Positions 49,761 through 51,098 of a stretch of DNA of 51,098 bases are shown in pieces (position 1 is the stretch's first letter; every line of letters begins with the position of its first letter). Below the pieces are notes generated by a model. It did not search any database. It was not told where the DNA came from and saw only the letters and a list, made by a program, of their open reading frames with translations. The position numbers and the translations under genes are program-made. Origin of the DNA: Dehalococcoidia bacterium (GTDB taxonomy: Bacteria; Chloroflexota; Dehalococcoidia; Dehalococcoidales; UBA1222); NCBI GenBank assembly GCA_009776735.1, contig WRNG01000003.1, positions 1 to 51,098 of the forward strand. Direction: 5' to 3'.

Positions 49761-50481
49761 TTCGGATTGTTTTGTATTCAAGGCGCCGCCTAGTATTGCT
49801 AGAGCACGGCGAGTTTTAATTAAGCCTGCTGCTGGTGTAAGTGCGCCGTACCCGCTCACGACAAGTCGCGAGATGATGGTTTCAATTATTATGGGCATTC
49901 GACAAATCAGCGATGCCGATATTCTTATCCTTGAAGGGACACCCAGCGGAGAGCCTATGGCCTCAGTCTATAAAGAGTTACGCTATGATTTTCCCAGAGT
50001 ATTAACACTTGACGTGCGTGACACAACTCTGGTGGAAGTGGAAAATCCTTTGTCAAAACCGCTTGTTATGCCAACTTTCATGCTGCCAAACGTGATTCTT
50101 TCCAGTGATTACCTTATTAGTGTAACTCCGCTGAAAGTGATTAATGGGATAGGACGGCTCAGTATTTCCAATTTGCTAGGTTTAATTCCATCTAACAGAT
50201 ATGGTAGTGGGAACAATGGTGGATGGGAAGAATTGTATGCCTTAGGGATTGATAAAGTGTTAACGGATTTATTTTATACCATGCCCTTTGATTTAGGAGT
50301 AGTAGAAGGCAGAGAGAAGTTTAGTGCAACTTCTGGTAATAATGACGGACAAAGAGAACCGGTAGGTAAAGTATTCGTTGGCGAGCCGTATATGGTGGAT
50401 TTGGAAGTTTCACAATCCTTGGGAATAAAGGTAGATTACCTTAAGTCAATAGATGAAGCTAAAGCTGACTTGGAGTTATAG
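49714..50481 (+). CDS. DUF362-like protein; true start probably near 49750
   Basis: RVLIKP, TT, D.LIS..PLK pattern; overlaps the end of mobA. Confidence 0.7.
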   Translation: MKRPGGFWEELGLVFDSDCFVFKAPPSIARARRVLIKPAAGVSAPYPLTTSREMMVSIIMGIRQISDADILILEGTPSGEPMASVYKELRYDFPRVLTLDVRDTTLVEVENPLSKPLVMPTFMLPNVILSSDYLISVTPLKVINGIGRLSISNLLGLIPSNRYGSGNNGGWEELYALGIDKVLTDLFYTMPFDLGVVEGREKFSATSGNNDGQREPVGKVFVGEPYMVDLEVSQSLGIKVDYLKSIDEAKADLEL

Positions 50482-50626
50482 AAGGTATTTGGTAGATTCT
50501 CACTCCATTAACCTCTTGCTTTTAGAACTAAGGAATACAGCCTTGTCTTGCTTTGGATAGTAGTACATATTTTTTGCAAAGTGATTTAAGATTTGCTACT
50601 CTTTTGCGGAGATTAAGGAGGAAATT

Positions 50627-50767
50627 ATGGGAAATCGTGATATGGGTCATAAAGAAACTAAGAAACCTAAAAAGGGGTGCAAAAGGCCTTCAGTCGGTGG
50701 GATGATTGTGCCAACGCCTGAAGTAGAGGTTATCAAGAAAAAGAAGAGAGTTGATTCAGATAATTAA
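50627..50767 (+). CDS. Small Lys-rich hypothetical protein (46 aa)
   Basis: Strong SD TAAGGAGG; MGNRDMGHKETKKPKKGCKRPSVGGMIVPTPEVEVIKKKKRVDSDN. Confidence 0.7.
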   Translation: MGNRDMGHKETKKPKKGCKRPSVGGMIVPTPEVEVIKKKKRVDSDN

Positions 50768-51001
50768 TAGGGTTCTGTATATGCTGGGGTTGTCAACGTC
50801 AATACTTTTTGGGGCAGAGAATTAAGCACTAGTTTTCCGTAGCCATAGAAATTCCAATATTTAAGTCAGATAGTTTATCAGAGACAGATTAGCAGATAGT
50901 ATTTCAATATTTGACACTCTAGGTAAAATAACAGGTGAATTCTTGTGATAAGGAGATGTTTCAAAGAGCACAGAATTTGATACCACTTATTGGTTCCAAA
51001 A

Positions 51002-51098
51002 GGACGTTACCCCCAAAATTAAAGCCAACAGGATTTAGAGTTCTCCGCTAAAATATATAAGTGGAGGGCTTAAATGAAAGCCAAGCGTTACACAGAGG
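51002..51098 (+). mobile_element. Probable left end of an IS3-family element with start of OrfA (truncated by window edge)
   Basis: GGACGTTACCCCC...GCCAAC...TAGAGT resembles an IS3/IS407-group left inverted repeat; GGAGG SD then ATG 51074 encoding MKAKRYTE. Confidence 0.55.

Overview
A 51-kb, mostly housekeeping chromosomal segment. Gene content and protein style suggest class Dehalococcoidia (Chloroflexota); this is an inference from memory, not a database result. Core genes: ftsZ (partial), nrdR-nrdJ with tandem NrdR boxes, a NYN protein, a radical SAM enzyme, yqeY, mntP, rnpB, ctpA, pheST, proS, the rpsB-tsf-pyrH-frr / uppS-cdsA-dxr-rseP-ispG cluster, purLQ, a heterodimeric ABC exporter, tRNA-Thr(CGT), guaB3, rsmI, metG, a polyprenyl synthase, ftsH, a TSUP transporter, an endonuclease IV-like gene, rsfS, ndk, tsaB, tsaE, thiL, mobA and a DUF362 protein. 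Less ordinary elements: (1) a 1.45-kb integrase-less island bounded by a 50-bp duplication of the tRNA-Thr 3' half. It holds an intact YefM-YoeB pair plus Bro-N-like and DinD-like gene scraps, each centred on an in-frame DNA palindrome. (2) An unannotated, highly structured ~170-nt intergenic RNA candidate between frr and uppS, possibly 6S RNA. (3) A repeat-rich surface protein gene split by one extra base in an A6 run. (4) Several genes with apparently leaderless promoters. (5) A probable IS3-family left end at the right edge. No CRISPR array, reverse transcriptase or complete prophage was seen.
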